Both the position numbers and the translations under genes were made by a program. Below the pieces are notes generated by a model. The model worked only from the letters and a program-made list of their open reading frames with translations, did not search any database and had not been told where the DNA came from. A stretch of 47,874 nt of DNA from Octopus bimaculoides (taxonomy: Eukaryota), in NCBI RefSeq assembly GCF_001194135.2, contig NC_069005.1:1521112-1568985 (forward strand), written 5' to 3'. Below, one piece after another: positions 47,692 to 47,874 of the stretch. Position 1 is the stretch's first letter, and every line of letters starts with the position of its first letter.

Positions 47692-47874
47692 TCATCATCA
47701 TCATCGTTTAACGTCCGCTTTTATGCTAGCATGGGTTGGACGATTTGACTGAGGACTGGTGAACCAGGTGGCTGCACCAGGCTCCAATCTGATCTGGCAG
47801 AGTTTCTACAGCTGGATGCCCTTCCTAACGCCAACCACTCAGAGAGTGTAGTGGGTGCTTTTACGTGTCACCCG
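47692..47874 (-). mobile_element. (GAT)n-tailed repeat copy in a RABGEF1 intron, cut by the window end
   Basis: Highly similar by eye to 16720-16890. Confidence 0.8.

Overview
AT-rich animal (eukaryotic) draft-genome window with eight N-gaps, dense microsatellites and many SINE/LINE/MITE remnants. The repeat landscape looks like a coleoid cephalopod (octopus-like); this is an inference, not checked. Almost all ORFs in the supplied track are spurious (microsatellites, N-runs, TE remnants); the real genes are spliced and were rebuilt by hand from GT-AG exons. Two genes lie head-to-head. (1) A P2X ATP-gated ion channel gene on the minus strand (ATG at 24126; coding exons down to about 5242; about 372-380 aa traced; final C-terminal exon unresolved) keeps all 10 ectodomain cysteines and the ATP-binding motifs. 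(2) A Rabex-5/RABGEF1 gene on the plus strand (ATG 41352; A20 zinc finger and VPS9 domain) runs off the window end. The most notable signal is that the P2X gene has TWO divergent copies of the dorsal-fin (C..CPIF) exon, at 11220-11349 and 8188-8341, with identical splice phases. Either one alone keeps the frame; both together or neither cause a frameshift, the signature of mutually exclusive exons that would remodel part of the ATP-binding pocket. A minimal hammerhead-ribozyme-like motif with covarying relatives lies downstream of P2X on the same strand (218-262).
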